A stretch of DNA of 61,832 nucleotides, counting the filler, from Spirochaetales bacterium (GTDB taxonomy: Bacteria; Spirochaetota; Spirochaetia; Treponematales; UBA12059), in NCBI GenBank assembly GCA_016928955.1. It is 5 parts of 5 records of this genome, joined end to end, with 100 filler letters (N's around TTAATTAATTAA, not from the genome) between each part and the next. Parts side by side here need not be neighbours in the genome. Positions count along the whole stretch, not along the records: positions 8,941 to 32,515 come from JAFGJV010000011.1; 4 more parts are not named here. One strand, written 5' to 3'. Positions 9,053-17,954 of the stretch are shown one piece after another (the first letter of the stretch is position 1; every line of letters begins with the position of its first letter). The position numbers and the translations under genes were made by a program. Under the pieces are notes generated by a model. The model saw nothing but the letters and a program-made list of their open reading frames with translations. It was not told the origin of the DNA and ran no database searches.

Positions 9053-9940
9053 TTATGCGGATTCATAGAAAAGGTCGGGAGGGGAAGAAGGGGGGCGGCT
9101 GCTTAGGGCGTTGGGAAGGGTATCAATGGGTGATTTTACGTTGGCGTAGTAGCCGGTGTGCAGGTGAAGGTAACGCATGGTCGTCTGGATTTGGGCATGA
9201 CCTAAAAGGCGCATGATGACGAACAGGTTGGTGCCGTCTTCCATTAAATGGGTTGCAAAACTATGCCTGAGGGTGTGAATGCGAACGGCTTTGTCAAAGC
9301 CGGCGCTGTTTGCGAGTCTGCGGAACTGTTTTTGTATGGCGCCTGCGGAAATGGGCCGACTAGGGTCGGTATTGCTAGGGAAGAGCCATTCGCTTGTGCG
9401 CTTGGATTTGATATACATGGTTAGTATCTCAAGGGATTTTTCACCTAACAGCGTGTATCTGTCCGCTCCTCCTTTGCCGTTGCGGACAAAAATCGTCTTG
9501 CGCTCTATGTCGATATCCGTTTTTTTCAAGTGCAGTGTCTCGGAAATTCGCAGGCCCGCCGAGTAGCTGATGGTCATAATCGTCTTCAGCCTTAGGTTCC
9601 TGCATTCAGAGAGCAAGCGCCTGACTTCAGCCTTTCCGAGTACTGCGGGTAGTTTTGTCCGTGCTACTCGCAGGTGGAGATGCTGTGTCACGGCGGGAAG
9701 TTTGTGGAGCCGGTAAAAATACTTGATTGCGGCCACATACATGTGCACGGTGGCGTCACAGCGACCAGTTACCCTGAGATGATACAGGAAGTCACTGATG
9801 TCCTCGGCTACAAGGCTGAGAGGCGAGCTGTGGTGGTAACGAGATAAAACGGCAATACACGTTGTATACAAATCTATGGTCTTGTCCGAATAGCCCTGAA
9901 CTTTCATGTGCTCGATCATTTGGTTCCGTATCAAACCCAT
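9053..9940 (-). CDS. Tyrosine recombinase/integrase with N-terminal SAM-like domain
   Basis: Intact catalytic set: GLRISE, GKGG, HTLRHSFATH, LGH, TMRYLH; C-terminal VKSPIDTL; AGGAG RBS; visibly lower GC than neighbours. Confidence 0.9.
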   Translation of the reverse strand: MGLIRNQMIEHMKVQGYSDKTIDLYTTCIAVLSRYHHSSPLSLVAEDISDFLYHLRVTGRCDATVHMYVAAIKYFYRLHKLPAVTQHLHLRVARTKLPAVLGKAEVRRLLSECRNLRLKTIMTISYSAGLRISETLHLKKTDIDIERKTIFVRNGKGGADRYTLLGEKSLEILTMYIKSKRTSEWLFPSNTDPSRPISAGAIQKQFRRLANSAGFDKAVRIHTLRHSFATHLMEDGTNLFVIMRLLGHAQIQTTMRYLHLHTGYYANVKSPIDTLPNALSSRPPSSPPDLFYESA

Positions 9941-10233
9941 AATCTCTCCTTTGGCAGGTTTCGCCTCATGTAGTTCCCGCATACTGCTGCTTGGGAACCT
10001 TTAGAAATCCGATGGCCCTAATAGTATCCCCGAGCTTATGGTCGCAAGCGTGTTGTTTCTAAGGCCCCTCCCAACTGCCGGAGCTTCCGGGGCTCGTTTT
10101 TGTGTGCATAATTTGCTGTAGAATGGAAGGATATCGAGAACCCGGGGGGTATGATTCGGTTCCGCTGTCCGGACGTCGCTGTTTTTTGATGTATGAAGAC
10201 GGCCTTGAAAAACCGGCAGGCTGCGGTATCTTT

Positions 10234-10271
10234 AGGTAGCCTCTCAAAGCTTCAGTTTTTAGAGGCTACCT
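10234..10271. repeat. REP-like palindrome (CCTCTAAAAAC...GTTTTTAGAGG family)
   Basis: AGGTAGCCTCTCAAAGCTTCAGTTTTTAGAGGCTACCT; relatives at 27223, 36717, 36791, 55492. Confidence 0.7.
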
Positions 10272-10354
10272 TTATGCGGGAACAAACCTGCCAAGCTCCA
10301 TGGGGATCCACGTCGTTAGGGATCCGGGGGACGAACCTCTGAGGGAGGATGAAA

Positions 10355-10759
10355 ATGAGAAAGTTTTTTGTTGCATTGCTCGTTGGGCTGTGCCTTTCGG
10401 GTGCCTTTGCGGGAGGCTACAAGAAGCCTGTTGTTGTGAAGGAAATGAACTTTACGGCAAGCTACGAGGGCGGAAAGGTGTACTTTACGTGGAGTAGGTA
10501 TCTCAGGGACGATTTTCTCTATTATAAACTGGTAAAATCCAAGACGAATGCGGATCCGGTATATCCGGACGACGGGTATATCTTCTACGGGGAACAGGAC
10601 GCAAAATCGTGGGTGGAGGAGTCCCCTGAAGCGGGCACATGGTATTACCGCCTGTGCATCATCACCCAGAATGGGGACCGTTGGGTGAGCCCTGTCATCA
10701 AGATCACGATAAGCGGACAGGCATCGGGCGTACCAACGGCCAAGGATTTTGCGCCGTAA
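10355..10759 (+). CDS. Secreted hypothetical protein (probable small beta-sandwich/FN3-like fold)
   Basis: Signal peptide ending AFA, GGAGG RBS, aromatic-rich beta pattern (VYFTWS, TWYYRLC). Confidence 0.7.
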   Translation: MRKFFVALLVGLCLSGAFAGGYKKPVVVKEMNFTASYEGGKVYFTWSRYLRDDFLYYKLVKSKTNADPVYPDDGYIFYGEQDAKSWVEESPEAGTWYYRLCIITQNGDRWVSPVIKITISGQASGVPTAKDFAP

Positions 10760-10822
10760 GGGCGTAGGGGTACCGCTCCATCAGATGTATCTCTTCTGAC
10801 CCCTGTGCTTGCCCGTGAATGC

Positions 10823-10858
10823 CCGCCCATATCCGAATGGATGTGGGCGGTTTTTTTT
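10823..10858 (+). terminator. Rho-independent terminator
   Basis: CCGCCCATATCC-GAAT-GGATGTGGGCGG followed by T8. Confidence 0.8.
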
Positions 10859-11147
10859 GCTCGGTGTTACCGGGTACGTTCCCAAGTCCAACCGGCGGAG
10901 TGTTTATTCCTCAGCTCACTTTTGTCTGGCAGACATCCAGGAGCCGCGTAGGGTTCTCAGCTGGCGTTCAGACGGGGACTGGGGTGGGCAAGTTTAGATG
11001 GTCCTGGTTCGGTAAGCTTTTGAGTCGCAAAGCAGGCGCCTGGCCGCATGGTTCCTCCCTGATGGGACAGGGTGTGGGTATTCTGGTGACGCGAGTCACA
11101 CGGGTTGTTCTTGCCCTCGGTACGCCGGCATGGTAGTATGCGCGCCG

Positions 11148-12470
11148 ATGTTGCGTGGCGTATCGAGCGACAAGCTTATAATATTCGGCTACTTCCTGGC
11201 TGTCATCGCGGCCGGGGCCGCCCTGTTGTCCATACCGGCGGCCTGGGGAGGCCCAGACAGGCTGGGCTTCCTGGACGCGCTGTTCACGTCCACCAGCGCC
11301 GTATGCGTCACCGGGCTCATCGTGGTGGATACGGCTGAGTTCACGCGCTTTGGCCAAATCGTGATCATGGCCCTCATCCAGTTTGGCGGCCTGGGTATCG
11401 TCACCTTTGCCACCCTGTTCGTGGCCATTCCGAGGAGGCGCCTGTCGCTCCTGAACCGCGGCCTGATACAGGAATTTTACCTGGGTGAGGTGGAGGTGAA
11501 TCCGCGCAGGATTGTCGCGGCAATCGTCGGCACCACGGTCCTGATCGAGCTGCTGGGCTTCCTGGCGCTGCGTTCCAGCTTTGGATCGGCGGGCGTGGAT
11601 AATCCGACGTTTTCCGCAGCCTTCATTGCCGTGTCTGCTTTCTGCAACGCGGGTTTTGCCGTGTTTTCCGACAGCCTCAATGGTTTTGTGAACAGCTGGT
11701 CCGTCAACCTGACGGTAATGCTTCTCATCGTGACCGGGGGCCTGGGTTTTGTGGTCATCCAGGATCTGTATAGCGTGCTCATGAGGAGAAAGCGTCGCCT
11801 CAGCTACCATTCTCGGGTGGTTTTGAGGACGACCCTGATACTGGTATGCGCGGGCGCCCTGGCTTTTCTGGCGCTGGAGTGGACTGGAGCCTTGTCCAAA
11901 CTGCCCGTCGGATCAAAAATCATGGCCGCTCTGTTCCAGTCCGTGACGACCAGGACGGCCGGTTTCGACACGGTTCCCCAGGCAAGCTTGGGCTTGCCCT
12001 CGGTCGCCTTGGTCCTTCTCCTGATGTTCACCGGGGGCTCGCCGGGATCCACGGCGGGCGGGGTCAAGACCACCACCATGTTCCTGGCTTTCCACACGGC
12101 GTTTGGAGGCACGGAAAGCGACGGTTCGCTTACCCTGCGTGGAGGGGCCGTATCCTCGGGTAGCGTGGCGCGGGCGCTGTCGTTGCTGGTCAAGGCAGCG
12201 GCTATAGTCGCGCTGAGTTTTTTGGGATTGTTGATTTTTGACGGCATGTCGGCGGGCTTTCAGGATTTGTTCTTTGAGGCCGTGTCGGCGTTTGGAACCG
12301 TCGGGCTTTCCCGCGGCATCACGTCCGCCCTGTCCGACCCCGGCAAGCTCGTGCTCATCATGACGATGTTCGCGGGCAGGGTCGGGCTGTTCGCCATGGC
12401 CGCCTTCAGGAGGCCGGACCGTATCGAGCGCTGGGCGGACTACCCGCGAGAAGACCTGATGCTTGGATAA
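11148..12470 (+). CDS. ktrB: Ktr/Trk K+ uptake membrane subunit
   Basis: Four pore loops: TSAVCVTGL, SAFCNAGF, TTRTAGF, SAFGTVGLS. Confidence 0.88.
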   Translation: MLRGVSSDKLIIFGYFLAVIAAGAALLSIPAAWGGPDRLGFLDALFTSTSAVCVTGLIVVDTAEFTRFGQIVIMALIQFGGLGIVTFATLFVAIPRRRLSLLNRGLIQEFYLGEVEVNPRRIVAAIVGTTVLIELLGFLALRSSFGSAGVDNPTFSAAFIAVSAFCNAGFAVFSDSLNGFVNSWSVNLTVMLLIVTGGLGFVVIQDLYSVLMRRKRRLSYHSRVVLRTTLILVCAGALAFLALEWTGALSKLPVGSKIMAALFQSVTTRTAGFDTVPQASLGLPSVALVLLLMFTGGSPGSTAGGVKTTTMFLAFHTAFGGTESDGSLTLRGGAVSSGSVARALSLLVKAAAIVALSFLGLLIFDGMSAGFQDLFFEAVSAFGTVGLSRGITSALSDPGKLVLIMTMFAGRVGLFAMAAFRRPDRIERWADYPREDLMLG

Positions 12471-12480
12471 GGAGGCCTGC

Positions 12481-13254
12481 ATGAGGCAGTACGCCATCAT
12501 AGGGCTGGGAAGTTTCGGCCAGCGCTGTCTTGAGAAACTGTCGGACGTAACCGACCAGATTATCATCGTTGACAAGGACAAGGACCTGGTGGAGGCCAAC
12601 AAGGATCTGGCCGCACGAGCCTTCATAACCGACGTGCTGAACCTGGAGGCTTTGGCCAAGATCGTGCCCGAGGGCATAGACGTGGCAATCGTCGACGTGG
12701 GCAGCAACCTGGAAGTCGCCATCCTTGTCACGAACTCTCTCAAGAAGCTGAATGTACGCCAGATCATTGTCAGGTCCGACTCGGACGAGCACGGCGAGAT
12801 TCTGGGCATGGTCGGGGCCACACGGATCGTCTATCCGGCGCGAGAAGCTGCAGACAAAGTCGTGCCCATGCTGGTGTCCCAGACCCTCTTCAATTTCATG
12901 GCCATCAGCCCGAGCCTGGTGATCGCCGAGCTCAAGGTACCCGAGCGCTATGTTGGAATGACGCTGGTGGAGGCGAATTTCCGGCAGGCCAAGGGCATCA
13001 ACGTGGTGGCCATCCGGAAGGAAGACAACGACGAGTACCGCTATTTCGAACCCAAATACCGCCTCAAGGACAGCGACGTGCTGTTATGCGCGGGCGCGGA
13101 AGACGACATGACGGCGTTCACGGGAACCCGGATAGCCGCGCGGCACAACGTCATTGCGGACATGCTGAAAGGAATTTTTGGCAACCGGAAAAGCCAAAAA
13201 CCTAAAAACGGCGAGGCGCAGGACAAGGGCAAAAACCAGAACAACGGAGCTTGA
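12481..13254 (+). CDS. ktrA: Ktr/Trk RCK regulatory subunit
   Basis: IIGLGSFG Rossmann motif and C-terminal TrkA_C domain; follows ktrB. Confidence 0.85.
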   Translation: MRQYAIIGLGSFGQRCLEKLSDVTDQIIIVDKDKDLVEANKDLAARAFITDVLNLEALAKIVPEGIDVAIVDVGSNLEVAILVTNSLKKLNVRQIIVRSDSDEHGEILGMVGATRIVYPAREAADKVVPMLVSQTLFNFMAISPSLVIAELKVPERYVGMTLVEANFRQAKGINVVAIRKEDNDEYRYFEPKYRLKDSDVLLCAGAEDDMTAFTGTRIAARHNVIADMLKGIFGNRKSQKPKNGEAQDKGKNQNNGA

Positions 13255-13925
13255 GCGTGAAAAATGATGTACAGTCCCTGTCGCCGCTGGTGGGCGGCGC
13301 CATAGTGCTTGCGGGCGGATACATAGCCGCCCAGATGCTGTCCGATATAGGCAGCCTGAAGATAGCCCGCGTCCTTGGCATGGCTGTAGACGCGGGAACC
13401 TTTGTGTACCCAATAACGTTTACCCTGCGAGATCTCATCCATAAGCGGCTGGGAAAGAAAGCCGCCCGCCTGACCATATTCCTGGCTGCCGGCGTCAACG
13501 TACTGATGGCGTTGTACTTCTGGCTGGTGGGCCTCTTGCCTCCTGACGCGTCCTGGGCCCTCTGGGAAGGCGCCAACGTCAGCATGAACGACGCGTTCCA
13601 GCGCGTTTTGAGCCCCGCGTGGACCATAGTGCTGGCCAGTATCGCGGCGGAGATCCTGAGCGAGTTGGCCGACACGGAGGTATACCATCTGTGGACGCTG
13701 AAGGTGACCAGGAAGTACCAGTGGTCCAGGGTGCTGGTGTCCAACCTGGTATCGGTGCCCCTGGACAGCTTGGTGTTTTCCTGGCTGGCCTTTGGGCTGG
13801 GTTTTGGCATGCCGGCCGCCGAGGTGTGGGAGATTTTCTGGTTCAACGTGGCGGTCAAGGGCGCCGTTACCCTGCTCAGTTTGCCTGCCATTTACCTGAC
13901 CCGCGCCGAGTCCGGAGACATCTAA
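13251..13925 (+). CDS. Queuosine precursor transporter (Vut_1/YhhQ family)
   Basis: DAGTFVYPITFTLRDLIH...G and RVLVSNLVSVPLDSLVF motifs. Confidence 0.8.
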   Translation: MSVKNDVQSLSPLVGGAIVLAGGYIAAQMLSDIGSLKIARVLGMAVDAGTFVYPITFTLRDLIHKRLGKKAARLTIFLAAGVNVLMALYFWLVGLLPPDASWALWEGANVSMNDAFQRVLSPAWTIVLASIAAEILSELADTEVYHLWTLKVTRKYQWSRVLVSNLVSVPLDSLVFSWLAFGLGFGMPAAEVWEIFWFNVAVKGAVTLLSLPAIYLTRAESGDI

Positions 13926-13984
13926 CAGGAGAGTGGGAACTCGGCGCTTTCAAACGTTCCGATGAAGCCGGGGCCGGCGCCCCA

Positions 13985-14014
13985 TTGACCCAAGGCAAGG
14001 CCGAAGCATACTAT
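13985..14014 (+). promoter_or_regulatory. Sigma70-like promoter
   Basis: TTGACC-18 bp-TACTAT about 165 nt upstream of the CDS at 14179. Confidence 0.5.
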
Positions 14015-14178
14015 TCCCCGTCCGGGAGCGCTTAGTCGCCCTGGGCGCCGGCGCGTTCCATCGCGCGAGCGCCGGCATCGTACCGGGACTTGATACAACT
14101 CGTTCCGGATACAACGGGCGGCCCAATAGCCGCCGCTACCCGAGGCCGGAAACAACCGCGCTCGGGGAAGGAGTCTTA

Positions 14179-15360
14179 ATGGACGTTTTTCAGAAGTGCT
14201 TTGACTTTGACCTGGACAAACAGGCCATGGCCAAGGGCATCTACCCGTATTTCCAGCCGCTGGACAATACGGAGGGCACTGAGGTTACCGTAAACGGTCG
14301 CCGCGTGCTCATGATCGGATCCAACAACTACCTGGGCCTGACCACCCACCCCAAGGTACGGGAAGCGGCCATGAAGGCCCTGGCCGAATTTGGGCCGTCC
14401 TGCACCGGCAGCCGTTTTCTCAACGGTACCCTCAAAATCCACATGGAGCTGGAGCATCGTCTTGCGGCCTTCATGGGCAAGGACGACGCCCTGGTGTTCT
14501 CCACGGGCATGCAGACCAACCTCGGCTCTATTTCGTCGCTCTTGAGCCGCGACGACGTGGTATTTGTGGACAAAGACGACCACGCGTCCATCGTGGACGC
14601 CTGCCGCCTGGGTATGGGCGAGATGAAGCGCTTTGTGCACGGCGACCTGGACCAGCTGGACCGCATGCTGGAAAAGACCCCGGACAGCAAGGGTAAGCTG
14701 GTGGTGGTTGACGGCGTGTTCTCCATGGGTGGCGACATCGTCGACCTTCCCAAGCTGGTGACCATCTGCAAGAAGCGCGGTGCCCGCCTCTATTGCGACG
14801 ACGCGCACTCCATCGGCATCCTGGGTGGCGGACGCGGTACGGCCGTGCACTTCAACCTGGTGGACGAGGTGGACCTGACCATGGGCACCTTCTCCAAGAG
14901 CTTTGCGTCGCTCGGAGGCTTCATAACCGGCGACAAGGACGTGATCAACTGGATCAGGCACACGGCCAGAAGCTTCATCTTCTCCGCTTCACTGCCCGCT
15001 CCCAACCTGATGGCCGCCCTGGCGGCGCTTGACATTATGGAAAACGAGCCGGAGCACGTTCAGAAGCTGTGGGACAACACGCATTTCATGATGAAGGGCT
15101 TCCGCGATCTTGGCTTTGACATTGGCCCGACCCAGACGCCCATTATCCCCGTGCTCATCGGCGAGGACATGACCTGTTTTGCGTTCTGGAAGGAGCTTTT
15201 TGAGGCCGGCCTGTACACCAATCCGGTTATCAGCCCCGCCGTGCCCAAGGGCATGGCCCTCCTGCGCACCAGCTACATGGCCACCCACACCAAGGAGCAG
15301 CTCCAGCGCGCCTTGGACATTTTTGGCACCGTGGGACGGAAATTCGGCATCATTAGCTGA
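14179..15360 (+). CDS. PLP-dependent alpha-oxoamine synthase, serine palmitoyltransferase-like
   Basis: GIYPYF, GSNNYLGL, GSRFLNGT, DHASIVD, DDAH and PLP-lysine motif GTFSKS. Confidence 0.85.
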   Translation: MDVFQKCFDFDLDKQAMAKGIYPYFQPLDNTEGTEVTVNGRRVLMIGSNNYLGLTTHPKVREAAMKALAEFGPSCTGSRFLNGTLKIHMELEHRLAAFMGKDDALVFSTGMQTNLGSISSLLSRDDVVFVDKDDHASIVDACRLGMGEMKRFVHGDLDQLDRMLEKTPDSKGKLVVVDGVFSMGGDIVDLPKLVTICKKRGARLYCDDAHSIGILGGGRGTAVHFNLVDEVDLTMGTFSKSFASLGGFITGDKDVINWIRHTARSFIFSASLPAPNLMAALAALDIMENEPEHVQKLWDNTHFMMKGFRDLGFDIGPTQTPIIPVLIGEDMTCFAFWKELFEAGLYTNPVISPAVPKGMALLRTSYMATHTKEQLQRALDIFGTVGRKFGIIS

Positions 15361-15382
15361 CGGTAAGCAAAGTCTCCAACGG

Positions 15383-15415
15383 ACAAAAGCCGGCCTCCAA
15401 CAGGCCGGCTTTTGT
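15383..15415. terminator. Bidirectional terminator
   Basis: ACAAAAGCCGGCCT...AGGCCGGCTTTTGT between convergent genes. Confidence 0.8.
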
Positions 15416-15429
15416 AGTATGGTGCCATC

Positions 15430-16110
15430 CTACCGAGGCCGGAGCTTGCCGGACTCCACCAGGCTGATCCAGCCGTCCTGAGAGAATATGACATGGTCCA
15501 AGAGGGGTATGCCCAAAACCTCGCCGGCCTGCCGCAGTCTCTCCGTTATGTCCAGATCCTCCGGCGACGGTTCCAGGCGGCCGCTGGGATGGTTGTGGCA
15601 GGCTATCAGGGCGCAACTTCTTGCCGCAACCGCCTCCGCGTATATTTCCCTGGGGTGGACTATGGTCCGGTTGATAAGACCAACGGTCACGGCTTTAACA
15701 TCTATCACGTCATTGGCGCCGTTGAGCATGCAACAGATAAACCGTTCCTGCCTGCCGTCGTCAAAATGCCTGACCAGCTGCCACACGTCCTCTGGGCCGC
15801 TTATGCGCCTGCCCCGGTGCCCGTAAAAGCGCTTGCCAAGCTCCAAGGCGGCGCTGATCCTGCAGGCCAAGGCCCGGCCCATGCCCTGGTGGGCTGAGAG
15901 GGCTTCCACCGACGGGACTCCCCGGCTTAGGTCGCTCTTGGCGACGATATCCCGCGCCAGGGCACGCACATCCTTGTTTCGGTTGCCTGACCCCAACACG
16001 GCCGCCACCAGCTCCCAGTCGGCAAGGCCACCGGGCCCGTCACGCTCCAAGCGCTCCCGGACATCAGGGCGCTCGGAATATTCAGCGTCGCCACGTTCGT
16101 ACAGCTGCAT
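15430..16110 (-). CDS. radC: RadC-family JAB domain protein
   Basis: ERL...G..L.D.EL N-terminus; VHPRE, HNHPSG..EPSPED, LLDHVI. Confidence 0.9.
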   Translation of the reverse strand: MQLYERGDAEYSERPDVRERLERDGPGGLADWELVAAVLGSGNRNKDVRALARDIVAKSDLSRGVPSVEALSAHQGMGRALACRISAALELGKRFYGHRGRRISGPEDVWQLVRHFDDGRQERFICCMLNGANDVIDVKAVTVGLINRTIVHPREIYAEAVAARSCALIACHNHPSGRLEPSPEDLDITERLRQAGEVLGIPLLDHVIFSQDGWISLVESGKLRPR

Positions 16111-16308
16111 CGCTTTCCCACCCCCGGAGGGCGATACGCCGTTTGGACGGGCCGCGCTTGCGATAGGCGCGCATATAACTGCGGCGCGCAGACGGGGCCC
16201 AGGCCCAGGCCCGACCGGCTTTTTTATTTGCCTGGGGGACTTCTTGTGCGTATACTAACAAAGTCGCGGAGGCTTGCCTGACGCGCCAACCACACTCAAG
16301 GAGAGTCC

Positions 16309-16884
16309 ATGAAAAGTGTTAAGGGCACCCAGACGGAAAAAAACCTGATGGCGGCCTTTGCGGGCGAATCCCAGGCACGAAACAAGTACACGTTCTTTGC
16401 CAGCAAGGCCCGCAAAGAAGGCTACGAGCAGGTAGCGAACGCCTTTGAAGAGTCGGCCAACCAGGAAAAGGAGCATGCCAAGCGCCTGTTCAACCTGATG
16501 GACGGGGGAGAGATCACGATAACGGGAACCTTTCCTGCGGGTCCCGTGGGCACCACGGAAGAGAACCTGCTTGAGGCGGCCACGGGAGAGAACCACGAGT
16601 GGCAAGAAATGTACCCGGGCTTTGCCAAAACGGCCAGGGAAGAAGGTTTTGAGGCCATAGCCACCATATTTGAGTCCATAGCCGTGGCCGAACGCCAGCA
16701 TGCCAGGCGTTATGAAAGCCTCAGGGCCAACATCCAGTCCGGCAAGGTATTCAAGCGCGACAAGGTGGTGACCTGGCGCTGTCTCAACTGCGGTTACCTG
16801 TATGAGGGCACGGAGCCGCCCAAAGCCTGCCCGGCCTGCGCCCATCCGCAGGCTTACTTCGAGCTTCTGGGCGAGAATTGGTAA
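16309..16884 (+). CDS. rbr: Rubrerythrin
   Basis: [21 protein letters not shown] diiron ligands; C-terminal CLNC...CPAC. Confidence 0.95.
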   Translation: MKSVKGTQTEKNLMAAFAGESQARNKYTFFASKARKEGYEQVANAFEESANQEKEHAKRLFNLMDGGEITITGTFPAGPVGTTEENLLEAATGENHEWQEMYPGFAKTAREEGFEAIATIFESIAVAERQHARRYESLRANIQSGKVFKRDKVVTWRCLNCGYLYEGTEPPKACPACAHPQAYFELLGENW

Positions 16885-16894
16885 GGAGGGCATC

Positions 16895-17275
16895 ATGACC
16901 GAGATTCTGCAAGTGTACAAATGCGACAAGTGCGGAAACGTCGTGGAAGTGGTCCATGGCGGTGCCGGGGAGCTGGTATGCTGCGGGGAGCCCATGCGGC
17001 TGCTCAAGGAAAATACCAGCGACGGCGCCAAGGAAAAGCACGTTCCCGTGGTCGAGCGCACAGCGGACGGCTGGCGGGTCACGGTCGGCGCTGTTGCCCA
17101 TCCCATGGAAGAGAAGCACTACATCGAGTGGATAGAGCTGATCGCCGACGGCGTGGTGCACCGGGCACAGTTAAAGCCCGGCGATAAACCGGAGGCCGAA
17201 TTCAAGGTGCAGGCCAACCGGGCCTACGCCCGCGAATACTGCAACCTGCACGGCCTGTGGAGGGCGGAAGCCTGA
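16895..17275 (+). CDS. dfx: Desulfoferrodoxin (superoxide reductase)
   Basis: CDKCGN...[23 protein letters not shown]. Confidence 0.95.
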   Translation: MTEILQVYKCDKCGNVVEVVHGGAGELVCCGEPMRLLKENTSDGAKEKHVPVVERTADGWRVTVGAVAHPMEEKHYIEWIELIADGVVHRAQLKPGDKPEAEFKVQANRAYAREYCNLHGLWRAEA

Positions 17276-17384
17276 CAATATACGTCTAGTCTCACGCGCG
17301 TGGACTGGAGACTGCGCCAGCCAGGGTGATGCCGGCAACCCGCGGCTATGACAGCCGCGGATGAACTGAACGGAGGATACCGGT

Positions 17385-17546
17385 ATGAAGAAGTACGTAT
17401 GCGATGTGTGCGGCTATATCTACGACCCGGCCGTGGGCGATCCCGACGGCGGCGTTCCCGCAGGCACGACCTTTGAGGCCCTGCCGGACGACTGGGTGTG
17501 TCCGGTGTGCGGCGCGGGCAAGGATAATTTCAGCCCGGCTGACTGA
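17385..17546 (+). CDS. Rubredoxin (53 aa, not in ORF track)
   Basis: [61 protein letters not shown]. Confidence 0.95.
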   Translation: MKKYVCDVCGYIYDPAVGDPDGGVPAGTTFEALPDDWVCPVCGAGKDNFSPAD

Positions 17547-17663
17547 CGCTTGTCGCCTTGCGCTCGCGCGGGCGAAACTGGTACTATAGGGAACCGCCGA
17601 GAGCCATTGCTTCTCGGCGGTTCTCAGCGTTTTTGGCCGAAAGCGCGATGGCTTGGAGGGCGC

Positions 17664-17954
17664 ATGATTTCACGCGAGGATTTCATCTTCACGATCGGGT
17701 ACGAGGGAGAGCTGGCCGTGGTGGACAAGAGCGCCCGCGCTCGCTATGGCAAGCTCGATACCCAGGCTCTTGTGCGTGAAGGTCTGCACAGGGCCGCTTT
17801 TGCCTCCGCCCTGTACTCCGGCAAGGACGACGAATTCCAGCAGTTCGCGGCCGCCTACAACGCACAGGCTGGTACCTCGTATACCAAGCCCGAGGATTTC
17901 CAGCGCCTGTTCGGCGTCAAGCTGGAAAACGTAAGACGGGTCATGTCGCTCTGA
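17664..17954 (+). CDS. Hypothetical protein (96 aa)
   Basis: GGAGG RBS, MISREDFIFTIGYEG..., host-like codon bias. Confidence 0.7.
   Translation: MISREDFIFTIGYEGELAVVDKSARARYGKLDTQALVREGLHRAAFASALYSGKDDEFQQFAAAYNAQAGTSYTKPEDFQRLFGVKLENVRRVMSL

Noticed and set aside
10860..11147. c-di-AMP (ydaO) riboswitch upstream of ktrB
   Set aside because: The characteristic GCTGAATCC / GGGGTGAAT / TCAGCTAAC elements were not seen.
15430..16110. radC as a marker of a mobile element
   Set aside because: Full-length chromosomal form among housekeeping genes, with no mobility genes nearby.
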